Of a stretch of 64,000 bases of DNA, positions 38,105 to 52,405 are shown one piece after another; position 1 is the stretch's first letter, and each line of letters starts with the position of its first letter. Source of the DNA: Octopus sinensis (lineage: Eukaryota); assembly GCF_006345805.1 (NCBI RefSeq), contig NC_043014.1, positions 21,266,001-21,330,000 on the forward strand. The letters run 5' to 3'. The notes beneath the pieces are model-generated. The model searched no databases. It was not told where the DNA came from and saw nothing but the letters and a program-made list of their open reading frames with translations. A program made the position numbers and the translations under genes.

Positions 38105-41100
38105 GGGCGTGCACTCTCAGCTATGCAAGCTATGCGCTGCATGCCTTCTTTATTTCAAAGAAAATACGTCCAGTTGTTTTAGAAATATTTTGTCTCCCCT
38201 TCCCCTCTCTCAGTGACTCGTACTTCTGCTTTGATAAATGCTTTGAGAAGATCGCATGACACACACTCCCTCTCTGTCTGTATTAGTTTGTCCTTCCTTC
38301 CTCTCTCTCTCTCTTAGTGACTCGATAAATTTATTGTAGCTTGTCATGCGTTGAGAAAACCGCATGACACTCCCTCTCTCTCTCTCTTTGTTAGTTTGTC
38401 CCTCCTTCCTCTCTCTCTTAGTGACTTGTTTAAAAGGTATGCTAGGAGGAATGGTCACCCCCTTCTCTCTCAGTGATTCGACAAATTCAGTGTGGCGTGT
38501 CATGCTCTGAGAAGACCGCATGTCACGCCTCTCTGTCGATTTTGACCGGAACAAGAGCAAGCCCTAATTCTTGAGTTAGCTAGCCGAAATGTTGGAATAG
38601 CTTGGCATGTAAGTTTGAATTCTTTTATCCAAAACATCCGTTTGCACTATTATATTTTTGGAGTGTTTTGAAAACAAAAATATAATCTATATTATATTTC
38701 TTATTTCAGAAATAGCTAATTAATCTTAAATTAATTTAACAAAGGGTATTTTTCCGTTTTGTTGAAATTGACTTACAATTTACGCCGGTGCTTCCACGTG
38801 GGTCCTTATATAAGAGCAGCCTTTTTCAAAATGAGTGAAATGTGTGTTATAAACGATATTTTGAGAAATAGTTTTTCGAAAAGAGACTTCGATGGAAAAT
38901 AATTAATTATAAATGGTGGGAGACCAACACCGAATTTACCTAATTTGCGAAGCTACAACAAGAAATTCACGAGACAATTTCAGGTTAATTCGTATGAAAA
39001 GAAGAAATGGTTAACTGCAAGTGTTGTTCTTAATAAATTATTCTGTTGGCCGTGTTTACTTTTTGGCTTAGAAAAAAATGTTTGGAATGATAAAGGCTAT
39101 GATGATTTAAATAATTTACATATAGCTATGCTAAAGCACGAGCGTTCTCAAAGGTATATAAAATGTTTGATAGACCTTAAAATATTCGGGAATGTTCGCA
39201 TAGACTTACAATTAGATGCACATAAAAATCAAAGCATACAACATCATTATGAGAAAGTTCGACGAAACAGATCCATTCTGCAACGATTGATCGATGTTGT
39301 TATTTTTTTAGGCCTCCAGGAATTATCGTTTCGGAGTCATTTTGATTCTGAAAGCTCTAATAATCGTGAAATTATAAGAACTCGTTTATTTGATCAGTAA
39401 ATATGACAAAAAAATGGAAAGTCATCTAGATACAGCTTCTATCATCACTGGTCTGTCGAACAAAATTCAAAATGACTTGATCGAAGCAATTCATAAAGTT
39501 ATGTTGAATGAGATGCAGAAGGAAATTGACCAAGCTAAGTTTGTTGATGAGACATCTGATGTCTCAGCATCTTCACAACTGTCAACAGTTTTACGTTATG
39601 TTACAGAAGACTGTGTGACGAAAGAACGATTTATCGGTTTTAGTGATGTTAGTGCAGATCGATCTGCAAATGCTTTATCTGAACATGTTTTTAAATGCAT
39701 TGAATTGTGGAAATGTGAAAACAAATTGATTGCACAAACCTATAACGGTGCCACTACAATGGCAGGACAATTAAATGGGTTACAGGCAAAAGTAAGAAAG
39801 AAATATGAATGTGCGATCTTTATTCATTGTTGTGCCCATATCCTAAATTTAGTTCTTTCACAATCATGCTCTGCTATGAAAGAATGCAAGATATTTTTTT
39901 CTACAATAAACGGAGTCGGTACATTTTTTACGAAATCACCGAAAAGGGCTAATGCATTAGATAACATTGTTAAAAAAAGATTTCCGAAAGCAACAGCAAC
40001 TAGATGGAATTACTCCTCACGTCTTATTATTACCACAAAGGAAAATTATAATTTCATAATCAGCCTTTTTGAACACATCATTGAAAATCCTGAAGCATGG
40101 GTTGATACCACCATAAATTCAGCAATTGGATTCTTACACACTTTAAAAGCTCCTAATTTCTTATTTTTGTTAGAAGTATTCAGTGACATTTTTTTCTTTT
40201 ACTGACGTCTTATTTAACATACTCCAGAGTAAAAGTCATGACATAGTGTATTGTAAAGAGCAAATAGATAAAACTAGAACTGTACTCGAAAACAAACTTG
40301 ATAATTTTTCAATCTTTTATGATAGGTTAGGGGAAAAATATGGAGTCGATGCAGGAATCGGAATTCAGAGATCCAAGAATATATCTATTGATCCCCAACG
40401 ACATTATAGAATGCTTTATAACAAAATTATCAGTACAATAGTTGACCAAATAAAAGCACGATATTCATCCTTAGAAGAGTTTAAATTCATGGTACTTTTG
40501 AATTTCAACAAAGTTGATGAGTATTGCAAACAATTTCCTGTGGACTCTTTAGATTCTTTAAGAACAACTTATGGCAGATTTTTTGATGTAATACGATTAC
40601 AAAGTGAGCTCAATGTGATGTATTCAATGAAAGATTTAAAAAAACCAAGTGTAAGTCATTTAATGAGTTACATTAACAGCAGCGATCTTGTTGAAGCTAT
40701 GCCAGAAATCTTCAATCTGTGCAAGTTGATTTTGACAATTCCGTCTACCACTGCTTCTGTAGAGCGATCCTTTTCTGCATTAAGTAGAATTAAAACATAC
40801 CAAAGAAATGCGACAGGAGAAAGAAGACTGTCTGGGTTAGCACTAATGTCAATTGAAAAAGATTTATTACAAGAATTGATGAAAAGAGAAGATTTCTATG
40901 AAAATGTGATAGATATATTTGCCCAGAAAGATCGAAGAATTGAATTAATTTATAAATGAGGTAAATAACATTTTAAAACGTTAAAAAAATTAATATATTA
41001 AAGAGCATATATTACAGGTTTTGCTTAGTGTTTGTTATAACGAAAGTTTCGACCTTCTTACATCAGTATTGTTTCGCAGGAGAAATGTTTCGATTTCTTC

Positions 41101-41936
41101 GTCAAACCTAACCTACATAGATTTCCCTTTCTGTGCTGCTGGCTGTAGTCTATTTACGGCCGTAAATAAGTGTCTTGTTTCACTTTCAATAAGTGTCTTG
41201 TTTCAATCTCAGAGATGTTGACTTCTGCCACAACAGTTTTGGGAGGCTTTTTACAATGTTGAATTTTCGCTGTCTTTCATTGTGTGTGTATTCATGTATA
41301 TGCGTGTATTTTCAATGTGTGTGCGTGAGACGTAGTCTTTTAATGTACGGAGTTCAGTAAGTCTCAGAACAGTCAATAATTTTCCCGGAATTGACAAGTA
41401 GCATGATAAAGCACCTGATTTGTCTTCGAGAGCGTAACGATCTAAAACCATGGCCATATAATGTAACTAAATGTGTTCTTTTAATTAAATCATTTCATTC
41501 GGCTCAACCAATAGGTATAGGGGCTAATGCAGAATCGCACTTCTTTGAAAAACGAATTTTTGTGAAAAAAATTTTTCGGATTCCTACCTTTAACAGAGAT
41601 TCTGAATATGCAAAAATATTGACAGAATCCAATTTCATCTTTATTACATTTCACTTATGATTTTTAGACTTTTCTAAGGGAGAATGAGGATGGGAAAGTA
41701 CTGACGTTTCGAAGAGCAAAGAATAATACAAACAATATACTTATTTCAGGCTCATCTCTACACAGCCATTTTTTATTCCCTGTTTATTCTAGGTCATACG
41801 GGGATGATTGCATATTCAGAATCTCTTATATGTAAATCGTAGGAATACGAAAATGTTTTACTGAAAAATTGCCGGTGGAGGGGGTGGCAATAAAATTCAT
41901 TGCATGCCCAACACCGGAAGTCACCGCACGCCACTG
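38102..41936 (+). mobile_element. Near full-length hAT transposon (ZMYM1/DUF4371-type transposase)
   Basis: Short TIRs CAG(G/T)GGCGTGC; near-matching 8-bp flanks ATATATAT/ATACATAT; subterminal ~110-bp repeats at 38190-38530. Confidence 0.85.
38831..40959 (+). pseudogene. hAT transposase pseudogene (1 stop, ~2 frameshifts)
   Basis: VDETSDVS..QLSTVLRYV, FIHCCAHILNLVL, TRWNY, and the dimerisation motif LTIPSTTASVERSFSALSRIKT. Confidence 0.88.
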
Positions 41937-42020
41937 ATACATATATGTATATATATTAGACAGAATAAGATAACAAATCCAAGACTGTGAGGAGTTTTCA
42001 GGACATTTATAAGGAAATAG

Positions 42021-42066
42021 TCTTACAGCTGTTTCTGGGATATTAAGGATATCCCTTCATCAGAGA
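42021..42066 (-). ncRNA. Type I hammerhead motif (family A, canonical CUGAUGA core)
   Basis: UCU-CUGAUGA-A-GGGAUAU..AUAUCCC-A-GAAAC-AGCUGUA/AGA. Confidence 0.75.
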
Positions 42067-43093
42067 TGGTGTGAGAAGGTTAAATAGAGGAAATAGTTGA
42101 GTTCGAATTATTATAGAAAAGGAGGAGATAGGGAATACAGATGGAAATAGGAGAATGAAAGTAGAAGTAAGATATATAAAGATATTGTATATATGTATAT
42201 ACATATATACATGCTCTAATATCTATACAGCCTTGGTTTTTTTATCTCATTATACAAAAAAATTTTAATATTTTAAATAATAATATTATGACCATTCCTA
42301 AATTTTCAAATTCTAATTCTTTGTAACTAAATAAGAATGAATATACCATACTAGCTTTTATTCAACATGCACAGATTACTAAGAAACTTCATTGCTTATT
42401 TAGAATTAAATTCTTTTTTTTTTCATTCTGATAATCTCCTATATTAAATAGAAAAAATTTTATGTCTCTAAGGAAACTACTCAGTTCATCTTGATTACCT
42501 CACTTCCATTTTTAATATATCATTGACTCCGGATATTTTTACCTAAGTGATTAGTTTTTTCTCCGCGGGTAGTAAACATTATGTCTAACAGATTCTTTAA
42601 TTTAATTCATTAATAACAAATCACCATCTACTAAATCTAAGAAAATGACTCATCTTGATTACTCCTCTTCCACTGTTTCTAATATATATCATTGACCCCT
42701 AATATATTCACTTAATTAATAAGACTTTTGTCCACAGTTATTGAATATTATGCCTACTCATAATAAATGATAGTTTTTTTCTCCAAAATTAATAAATATT
42801 AGATTTATAATTCTCTTTTAATCTAACTTATTAAAATAATCATCTACCACTAGCTGCTTTCTTCCAAAGAATCTAATGCTCTTAGCCTAGTTTATCCTTG
42901 GGACTGGCCAGATTGAAGCAATCTCAAGTATAATCAGTCGAAATTGCGAAGATACTTGGTACTTGACTGAGGAAAGAAAACTTCGAATGACCCTTCCCCG
43001 TTTTCTTTGTATCGTCTATCTGGATGTTTTGTTGTCCCATTTTGTATCACCTAACTGTCCGGATGTTTTGCGTTCTTGTCCCATTTTGTATTT

Positions 43094-43141
<48 letters not shown>

Positions 43142-43289
43142 GTTGTGGCTGTTTGTGTATGTGTGTGGTGGACTTAGTGTTGCTTAAGGTCATAGGAAGA
43201 ATTTATAGTAAGAATTTTAGTAGGAGTGGCTATCTGTTGTGTGTCTCCTTACACATGTGCGTAAGAGAATGGTCAAAAATGCGATAAGA

Positions 43290-43600
43290 ATAAATGGAAA
43301 ACTTACATATACCCAAGGAAAAAAGCAGACGCAATGTCATGTGTACATTTAAGTACCCCAAATATATCTAAACAGAAATTCTGTAGCAAGCCTCAGTACA
43401 CGTGTCGACGGTCAGGAAACTCATGTAAAGTGGTTACCAGTCTCGAAGTGATTGGTAATAAATTTACTTCTAATATAAGGATATCATATTAAAATACCTT
43501 TTAAAGTGAAAATTTCTGTTTAGATATATTTGGGGTATTTAAATGCACTCATGATTTTGTGTCTGCTTTTCCGTGGGTATTTGTAAGTTTTCCATTTATT
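43290..43600. repeat. Fold-back repeat upstream of a hammerhead
   Basis: ~43294-43380 pairs with ~43511-43597. Confidence 0.65.
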
Positions 43601-43610
43601 CTTATCGTAT

Positions 43611-43670
43611 TTCTCGCTGACGAAGGAAGAATCCTTTTAGATTAATCCAGAAATCGGTCCGATTCGGGAA
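43611..43670 (+). ncRNA. Type I hammerhead motif
   Basis: UUCUCG-CUGACGA-A-GGA..UCC-A-GAAAUCGG-U-CCGAUU/CGGGAA; 6-bp stem I, 5-bp stem III with a 1-nt loop, AUU triplet. Confidence 0.65.
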
Positions 43671-43854
43671 TAACGAATTTTTAAAAATTCTGATAGCTTG
43701 CTTTCTTCGTTTCAGCATGCTGTGCATTTATAGTGAAAAATATTCTATGTGGTTAGACTAACTAAAGTCTACTTTTCATCATATTGGCATAGAATTTTTT
43801 CTTTTGCCCTCATAATTGTTTATATATATATATATCACACGCAAAGATTTCTTA

Positions 43855-45130
43855 TCCCAATCTTCAAAAAGGGAAACAGGTTTCCTGCAGTCAACTATTG
43901 CCCCTTCACTATCATCAAAGTTCTCACTTCACTATCATCAAAGTTTTTGAAAGGCTGGTGAGATCAAGAATAACTGGATTCCTGCAGAGTAACACTCTCC
44001 TAAATTCCAACCAGTATGGTTTTCGTTTCCATAGAGACTGCCTTAAATGATTTCTACATCGTTTTGATGAAATCCTTAAAGTTTTGGTCGAGGGCTCAAG
44101 CACTGACGTTATATATTTTGACTTCAGCAAAGCCTGCTGTTAAAATTATCCAATATTTGATCCTGAGGTAAATACTGCACTAAATCAAGTATTTCCTGGC
44201 GAACAGAACTCAACAAAATGTAAACGATGGAATCCAGTCGTGCCCAGCAAATGTCACCAGCGGTGTTCTCAAAAAGGCTGTATTTGGCACACTTTCCTTT
44301 ACAATCCATATAAACAACATCTCAAATGTCATCAAGTACAGCAAAATAACAATATTCGCGGGAGACTTCAACCTTCAAAAACTTACCAACGGAGAAGAGT
44401 AAAAAACCTCCAGTTTGATTTGTATACTCCAAGTCAACAGGCAGGCAAAATCAACATACTATTAAATGAGGGAAAATTTGAACTCATGCACTCAAACAAA
44501 CATATTCTTTTGCATCAGGAAAACCACTCATGGTGCCCAATAATATTAGAGCAGGGGTGCTCACAACAAAGTCGATGCGGCTCACACGATGAGTTCTTGG
44601 ATCTTCAGAACCTTCCGGTTCGGAGAGTGAGATACTATAATTCCCCCTTTTCTCTCCTTTTGTGCAGCCATATATAGAATACATCTACCTTTTATGGTTT
44701 TCTACACCAAACAAAACATTATGAAAATTGAGACATTCCTAGCAGCAATCATAAAAATAATTTGGTATAACTGATTCTATAGACCACCTTAAAACATTGA
44801 CACTCCATTCTCTGCAACGCGGCTATCAGCGTTACATTATTTACACGATGTGGCGAATATGTCACCGGCATTGACCACAATTCATTTAAGGTTAGGACCC
44901 CATTCAATATAACCCCTACACAACTCAGACTCACAACACTTAACCACATTGCAACACAATTACTGTTCTTCTACAGGCGCTCCTCTCTTTAATATCAAAA
45001 CAATTCAAAGAAAAAGATCTCATAACCTTCAAACGATATCTGAACAAATACTTTCGAGGAACCAGACAAACCACCGCTAACTGGATACAGCTCAGTCAAC
45101 AACAACTTTCTATTTGAGACTTTAAAATGA
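43855..45130 (+). mobile_element. Highly degenerate CR1-like LINE RT fragment
   Basis: PIFKKGNRFPAVNYCP, YFDFSKA, SGV..GCIW remnants. Confidence 0.55.
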
Positions 45131-45169
45131 TCCATTAGATTCTTATTCGGTGGTGCTTATAAATTATTG

Positions 45170-45200
<31 letters not shown>

Positions 45201-45339
45201 AAGAGAGAGGGAGAGAGAGAGAGAGATACACGCATGCATACATACATACCAATGTACATACTTATTTTTTCTTTCAATTCTTCGAAATGTAATGGTAATA
45301 TACCATTTTCCCATTTCAGTGATTTGCCTTTTCATTGAA

Positions 45340-45830
45340 ACCTGCAAGGTCTTGTGTGCTGCGGAATTGGTTAATAGAAAGCAGACAGGAAAGTTCTCGG
45401 TCGTAAGATCTGCGTCTTAACATTCAGTTGGTTGGCCCCAACGTCCCGTTTTCGTTCTCAGATGTTTAAGTGTCTTCCACGGAGTCCATGGTACTTCTGA
45501 GTTAGAGGGGAGGGTTTCAACAGAAGGGGAGGATTCCCATGTGAAATGGAGGAAATTTGTTCTCAAGATTTTCTATCCAGAGCTTCCGTTTATTTCCTTC
45601 AAAGACTTTGTTAAGAGCTGGAGACGTCTGAGGAAGCTTTTTCCTGGCTTCAGTCGCTGAGCCAGGGGATTGACGTCCATAGAGGAGTGGCGTTCATCAC
45701 CGTTAGATTGTGTTATCTCGATTCGACTGGACACATTTCGCCTAAAGTCAGCTGGTCAATCCCAGTGAAGAGCTGCACGGTGTTTGTGCAGTGGATTTCA
45801 TGCAACCAGTTAGCAGTTGAGTAGCTCGTC
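45340..45830 (-). mobile_element. RTE/RTEX-like LINE 3' fragment
   Basis: - strand PWTPWKTLKHLRTKTGRWG and RLK..KSFL remnants. Confidence 0.35.
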
Positions 45831-46364
45831 GTTGGTAGGCAATTTTCACGACAGAATGCCTTTATTTCAATTTTTTATTCAATGTCAGACTATTTCTCCC
45901 TCGACTGATGGGCCTTTTGATCAGGACGGATTTCTACATCATTTGGTCCAATTTATAATGTCTCGATTAACAAATTATTTGTTTTCCTTTTGTCGCATAG
46001 ACGTAAAGATTTTTCTTACTTCCTATTCTCCAAAATCCGACGTAAAGCTGACCATGGGTGGATCAGGGATCTTCAATGTGTAAGAGGCAACCGAAAATGT
46101 CTGTTCTTGCGATATGTTGATGATAATGGCAAAATTGAAACTCACAGGAAATTGAAGTCGTTTGAATCGAAATGGGACAACGTCACTTGAGTCTATGCGA
46201 AGGGGGCTCTTGTACGCTTATTATCTAATCGATGCATGCTATGTTCGGGTGTCTCTTGAGCTCGCTGCTGGTGCTTTGTGAGGGTCTTTCGACTTTGTCA
46301 CCCTTATGAAAGTCCTTACACACATGCATACACACACACTTAGACAGACATACACATAATCACA

Positions 46365-46395
<31 letters not shown>

Positions 46396-47059
46396 CAGAC
46401 TCACCATGAAAGATATACATGCACAGGGAAGTTGTGAGCTAAATATATATAGAGAGAGAGGTAAGATTACAATGAGGAGAGCGTAAAAGACAGAGAAAGA
46501 GAGAAATAGACAGAGAGAGAGAGAGAGAGAGAACTTTGCATAGACAGATGCGCTCGTCCCCTGTGACTGACTGCGGTTACATGTCATATCAAGAGAAAGA
46601 GAGGGAGCAGCATGCGTTTAGAGATATACAGCGCCAGAGTGAGAGAGAGAGAGAGTGTGTATGTGTGTGCGTGGTTAATATATAGAGAGACAGGGCAAAG
46701 CGTAAAAGATAGAGACAGATAAAGAGAGGTAGTTAGACAGGCAGTTACAAAATGCAACACACACACACTTACAACCATACATACACTCAAGTAATCATGA
46801 GTTTAAGATGGCGGCTTCTAGAGACATTCAATGACGGCGATCTGGAAGCTGAGTTATTTCTCGTAGAAATTTTCATTTTTTGATTACTAACGACCAAGAA
46901 CCTTTTACTTGGGACACAGACTTCGAAACCCAGACCCGTTTCTCTGTAGGAGCCTTTCGGTGACATACATATATACATATACACATACATTCTCATTTAT
47001 ATAGTGCATGAATGTATATATATATATCTATCAATATACACTCATACATAAATACAAAT

Positions 47060-47103
<44 letters not shown>

Positions 47104-47209
47104 TGCATAGGGATTTCATTTGGTTCCAACTCTTGCAACGTCGGCACTAATACCTTTACTACTCTTATATTTCTTTTAGTAGTGGAAGTAGTACTAGGCA
47201 TCGTAGTAA

Positions 47210-47259
<50 letters not shown>

Positions 47260-47279
47260 ACAGCAGCAGCAGTAGCAGT

Positions 47280-47331
<52 letters not shown>

Positions 47332-48495
47332 CAGTAGTAGTTGCTGCCGTATGTGCTGGTAGGTGTAAAACTGGTCTGTCTAATACACTCGACATTCATT
47401 CAATTCAATTACTGAGTATCTGTGTGTCTGTGAGTATATATATATATATATATGTCTCTGTGTGTATGTGTGTGTCTATGTATATATGTATGCATGTATG
47501 TAAGTATGTATACGTGTATGTGTGTGTAACGATATATATGTATGTATATATTAAATATATGCATATGTGTACTTTATATCTTTATAAATATATATATATA
47601 TATATACTTTCATATACATATATGTGTGTATGTATATATATATGTACACACACACACACACACTTATATATATACATATCATACACACACACGCGCGCAT
47701 CCATGTATGCATGGCCGTCTTTGTGCGTCTGTTCAGTTTGTGTATGATACGTGTCTATTCCTGTGTGTTTGTTGTTTTGTTGCGATTATTTCGTTTGTAC
47801 GAAGTGTTTAGTTCTTTTTATACTCTCATACAACAGGTTCGTAAAAATCTCTTTCCCCTCGTTGACGCAATATGGTTGCAATTGGCACTCAAATCTTCTT
47901 TTCGTTAAACTGCCAAGCGTCCATTCAACTTGTCAAGTCACCATCACTCCCGCACCGTCAATACGCAGTCGGCCGCCATCTTGTTTAGTTGCTTTTATTT
48001 CTGTTTATATTTATTCTACGTTACTTTTGGTTTTTCTTTTTGTTATTTCTCTTTATTTTCTCTTTTCTTTCATATGGGTTTGTTAGTTCCTTTTTTTGTT
48101 GTTATTTTAGTTTCTTTGCTTTGGTTTTGTTTTTGTCTTTTTTTTGGCTGCTGCTGTTGTTATTGCTATTGTAGTTACTTTTAATATTGACTGCTTGCTG
48201 CGGTTTGCTAACTGAGTGTTACTGTAACTATTATTATTGTTACTCTTTTCCTTCTTTTCTTTGCCGTCGTTGACATATAAATATTACTATAATTTTAGTT
48301 TTTATTCTTTTATTATTGTTATTATTATTATTATCATTATTATTATTATTATCATCATCATCATGATCATCATCATCATTATCATCATCATCAACATTCA
48401 GAGCTAATGTTAATTTTGTTATGATTAAGCGGAGTTTTTTTATAGAGAGAGCATTATACGCCTACAAGTATTATCACTGCTAGAATAGGAATTAC

Positions 48496-48544
<49 letters not shown>

Positions 48545-48682
48545 TGTTGTTGTTGTTGTTGTTGTTGTTGTCGGTTGTAGTTATTCTTGTAGATGTGGGG
48601 TCAGTACTAAATTATTTGATTTCATTTGCACATATATACATATATGTGTGCGTGTGCGTTTCTGTGTACGTATTTGTGTGGG

Positions 48683-48788
<106 letters not shown>

Positions 48789-48858
48789 CATACATGCATA
48801 CATACGTGCATATATACATATATATGTATATGCATGTGTGTTTGTGTGTGTATTTAGT

Positions 48859-48955
<97 letters not shown>

Positions 48956-49082
48956 TTTGGCCAATTTACCGTGTAGCGTCAATTTATATCTTTGCATTTT
49001 CTGTATTTTTTAATTTGTCTTAATTTGTTTTGTTGACTTTTTACTGGTTCTTTTGCCGTTGTTGCGGCTATTATTGTTGTTG

Positions 49083-49120
<38 letters not shown>

Positions 49121-49918
49121 ATTGTTCTTGTTGTTGTTGCTATCATTCCTGTCGCCGCTGCTGCTGTGTTGATGCTATGTTTACAGTTGTTAGAGATGCT
49201 GTCGTTGATCTTGCAGTTGTTACTTTTTGTTCGCTTGTTATAATTTCTTTGGCAGAGTTGGGGTAGGATTTTTGGTTTGTTTTGTATTGTTTTTTCTTGT
49301 TTTGCTGTTGTTTTTGTTTCTTTGCTTATGTTTGGTGAGGGTGGTATTGGCGTGTGATTTTTGCGGAAGAAAAATGGTTTAAGAGAAGCAAACAGATAAA
49401 AGACAAAATTTGCCCAAAAAAAACTATACATAAAAAATAAGTCAACAACTATAGTAAAAAAAAGAATCCTAAACGAATGAACAATCGCCATTTTGTCGCA
49501 AGAATTAACTGACGTCAATATTCTACAGACTATGGAAACGACAGGGTTTTGGAATATCTTTAGTCAATGGTGTCTTGCTAAGCATTGATTAATATCCAGC
49601 GCACTTTTTCGATAACTAACTTGGAACACACAAAGACGTAGAAGAAGAAGAAGAAGAAGAAGAAGAAGAAGAAGAAGAAGAAGAAGAAGAAGAAGAAGAA
49701 GAAGAAGAAGAAGAAGAAGAAGAAGAAGAAGAAACAACAATTATTAATGTCATCATCATCATTAAATTTATTATCATTGTTATTGTTGATGATGTTGATG
49801 TTCTTTGTGTTGTCGTCATCATCATCATCATTATCATTAATACTATTATTATTATTATGTTTGGCTTTTGCTTTGTAATTAATTTTGTATTTTTTACTAT
49901 TGTTACTACTACTACTAC

Positions 49919-49977
<59 letters not shown>

Positions 49978-50238
49978 AAGACTACATAAATAGATAATTA
50001 AATAAAGTGTAGAAGGATTTGAGTAAGAGTGTGTGGAGAAGGATTGAGAAAGACGAAGAAATTTGAAGAATAAAAAAGGAGCGAAAGAAAAGCAAGAGAA
50101 AAGAAGCAAAAAAGTAAATGAAAGGAGGGAAGAAAGAAAATGAGATGGCGTGTGGGATTCAAAGAAAGATTTTATGGTTCGTATATTTATGTATATATAT
50201 AGATATGTTTATGTTTATGTGTATTTATGTAAGCATGA

Positions 50239-50318
<80 letters not shown>

Positions 50319-51420
50319 CTTTCTTTATTGACCACACAGGGCTGGACACAGAGGGGACAATTACAAATGTAGAGCTTTTCTTTTCGGAGATGGAAAAAGA
50401 AAAAGAAGAAAAAAATAAACATATGTAAAATTTCGATCAAAAGGGATCGTGTATCACAGAAAGAAATTTTTTTTTTGTTTTTTCAAAGTAACAAACAAGA
50501 TTAGGTTCATCCGTGGAAAGAAAAGCCTACAGAAAAGACCACGGTAACCTCAGGCAGGGAGGAAATAAACACATGAGAGCAAAGTGCTCTCTCTCTCTCT
50601 TTTTTACGATTTACAGGATCATGGTCAAAGTGGTTTCGTCACTCGCACGCACCATCTTTGCTACATTCACCCATCTTTTTTTAAACTTTCATGAGACAAA
50701 ACTTGCCTTTCCATTCTCACCTTCCTTTTCAAGTGGTACTTGAAAAAGTCGATGAGCGATTGGCCAGAGAGGTAAGTGTTTGTCTCTAGTCCTTTCGTTC
50801 GGGTCCACCACACACATTCTTTCACCATAGCCACCAGTACGATGAAAACTGCCTTGCCTTCCCGGTTGAGGGAAGGGGGCGGTGCAATTTCTACGATAGA
50901 CTCGGCCGACAGGCGGACTCGTCCCACACGTGACAGTAGCCGTTCGGCATAAGCCCATAGGTCCTAAATGGATGGACACTGCACGAGTGCGTGCAGAACG
51001 GTTTTGTCGCTTTGCAAGTCGGTCCAGTGTGTCTCGAACCGTGCCTGTAGAGCTTATCCCAAACAGGTAATGCTTCTCGATAGCACAGCCAGGCCAGAGA
51101 TCTTTGGTGATTGTCCATAGGTCCCGGCCCAAAAGTTGTCCTGAAAAGGCGGGTAAGGTGTCTCTTGTCGACGCCCAGATTCTGCCCAAGAACGTCGTCG
51201 CACCTCCCCTCCACTAATCTTCTATAGAACGCCTTTATTGTAATGAAGTCGCACAAATTTGGTCCCGGACGGCAGACTTACTTGAGAGCAACGCGACACT
51301 CGCAGTGCCATTCGCCTAGCCTCGGTCTCTGTTTAATCCACGATTGTAGTTCGGCCAAGGAGACGTCTATGAAGTGCCGGAGATGTGTGGGTGTGGAAGG
51401 AGGAAGGTGACATGCGCAGA
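50319..51420 (-). mobile_element. Tx1/L1-clade LINE 3' fragment (ORF2 C-terminus + 3' UTR) ending in (GATA)n
   Basis: zf-RVT-like RSLAWLCYREALPVWDKLYRHG..TC..H..C and KECVWWTR. 3' end ..CCTGTGTGGTCAATAAAGAAAG abuts a TATC repeat. Confidence 0.7.
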
Positions 51421-51492
51421 TTGATGTTACTAAATTAACCAGGCTGCTTCATGTACTTCTTTCCTGTTACACAAACACACACACACACGTAT

Positions 51493-51549
<57 letters not shown>

Positions 51550-51736
51550 ATATAATATATATATATATAGCATAAGTAAATCTCAGAATGAGATTGAAAC
51601 AGTAATCGCTCGATAATGTAAAGTATAGAAGCCATCTTATCATGGCTAATCACATTGGGGAGGGGGTGTTACTGTAGCTTTATAGCCGCAAGAGATCTTC
51701 GTCTCTAGCTGGCTTTAGACACAATATCTATGTCCT

Positions 51737-52019
51737 TGGAGTATTTGCAAAGGGAGGCCATCCCTTCCTCGCAAGCCTGAGTGATACGCTCGAACTAGTT
51801 TCGGGATTGTTGTCCCTCGTCAACGGGCGGTAACCACCAGGTTTTTCGACATCAGTGGCAGACGCCATTAGAAAAACTTATATATATTTGCAAAGGAGCC
51901 TTCACTTTCGTCGCTACGGTGGTTACCGCCCTTTGACGAGGGACAACAATCCCGAAACTAGTTCGAGCGTATCACTCAGGTTTGCGAGGAAGGGATGGCC
52001 TCCCTTTGCAAATACTCCA
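51737..52019. repeat. Fold-back (102-bp arms) with hammerhead-like motif, UUGACGA core
   Basis: 51737-51838 pairs with 51918-52019. Motif CGCCC(G/U)-UUGACGA-GGGA-caacaa-UCCC-GAAAC-UAGUU/CGAGCG at 51927-51969 (+) and 51787-51829 (-). Confidence 0.7.
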
Positions 52020-52361
52020 TTTTTTCCCCTGTATCCTTATATACATATACGAAGGGGAGACAAACACCCCCAACCGCCAGAACTGCATCTAGGGACACCG
52101 TGTTTCAGAATCATTGTCCTTCATCGGCCTAGAGTAGCAGACACCGGTCGGCTGGTGATATTTGTCTGGACTTCGTATCTGTATATATATAAACTCATAC
52201 GCCCCACCACCGTACAGGTCTCTACGAGAGATTTAGAAATTCAATATTTCTTATTTTGAATAGTGAATATTCAATAACTCAGTGAATAGACTTCACTGAG
52301 TTTATATATATACAGATACGAAGTCCAGACAAATATCACCAGCCGACCGGTGTCTGCTACT

Positions 52362-52405
52362 CTAGGCCGATGAAGGACAATGATCCTGAAACACGGTGTC
52401 CCTAG
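52362..52405 (+). ncRNA. Type I hammerhead motif (CCGAUGA core)
   Basis: CUAGG-CCGAUGA-AGGA-caauga-UCCU-GAAACAC-G-GUGUC/CCUAG; predicted cut after 52400. Inverted copy at 52089-52132. Confidence 0.75.

Noticed and set aside
42960-42995. CTGAGGA-AAG-AAAA-CTT-CGAAT motif
   Set aside because: No GAAA or stem III/I pairing. Similar partial motifs at ~28905 and ~46930 were also dropped.
46806-47985. YY1-like motifs (AAGATGGCGGC, GCCGCCATCTT) as a promoter
   Set aside because: Short motifs are expected by chance; no supporting exon or CpG island.
48979-49518. 179-aa ORF with poly-A/poly-T tracts
   Set aside because: Built from (CAG)n/(CAA)n repeats; no domain or splice signals.
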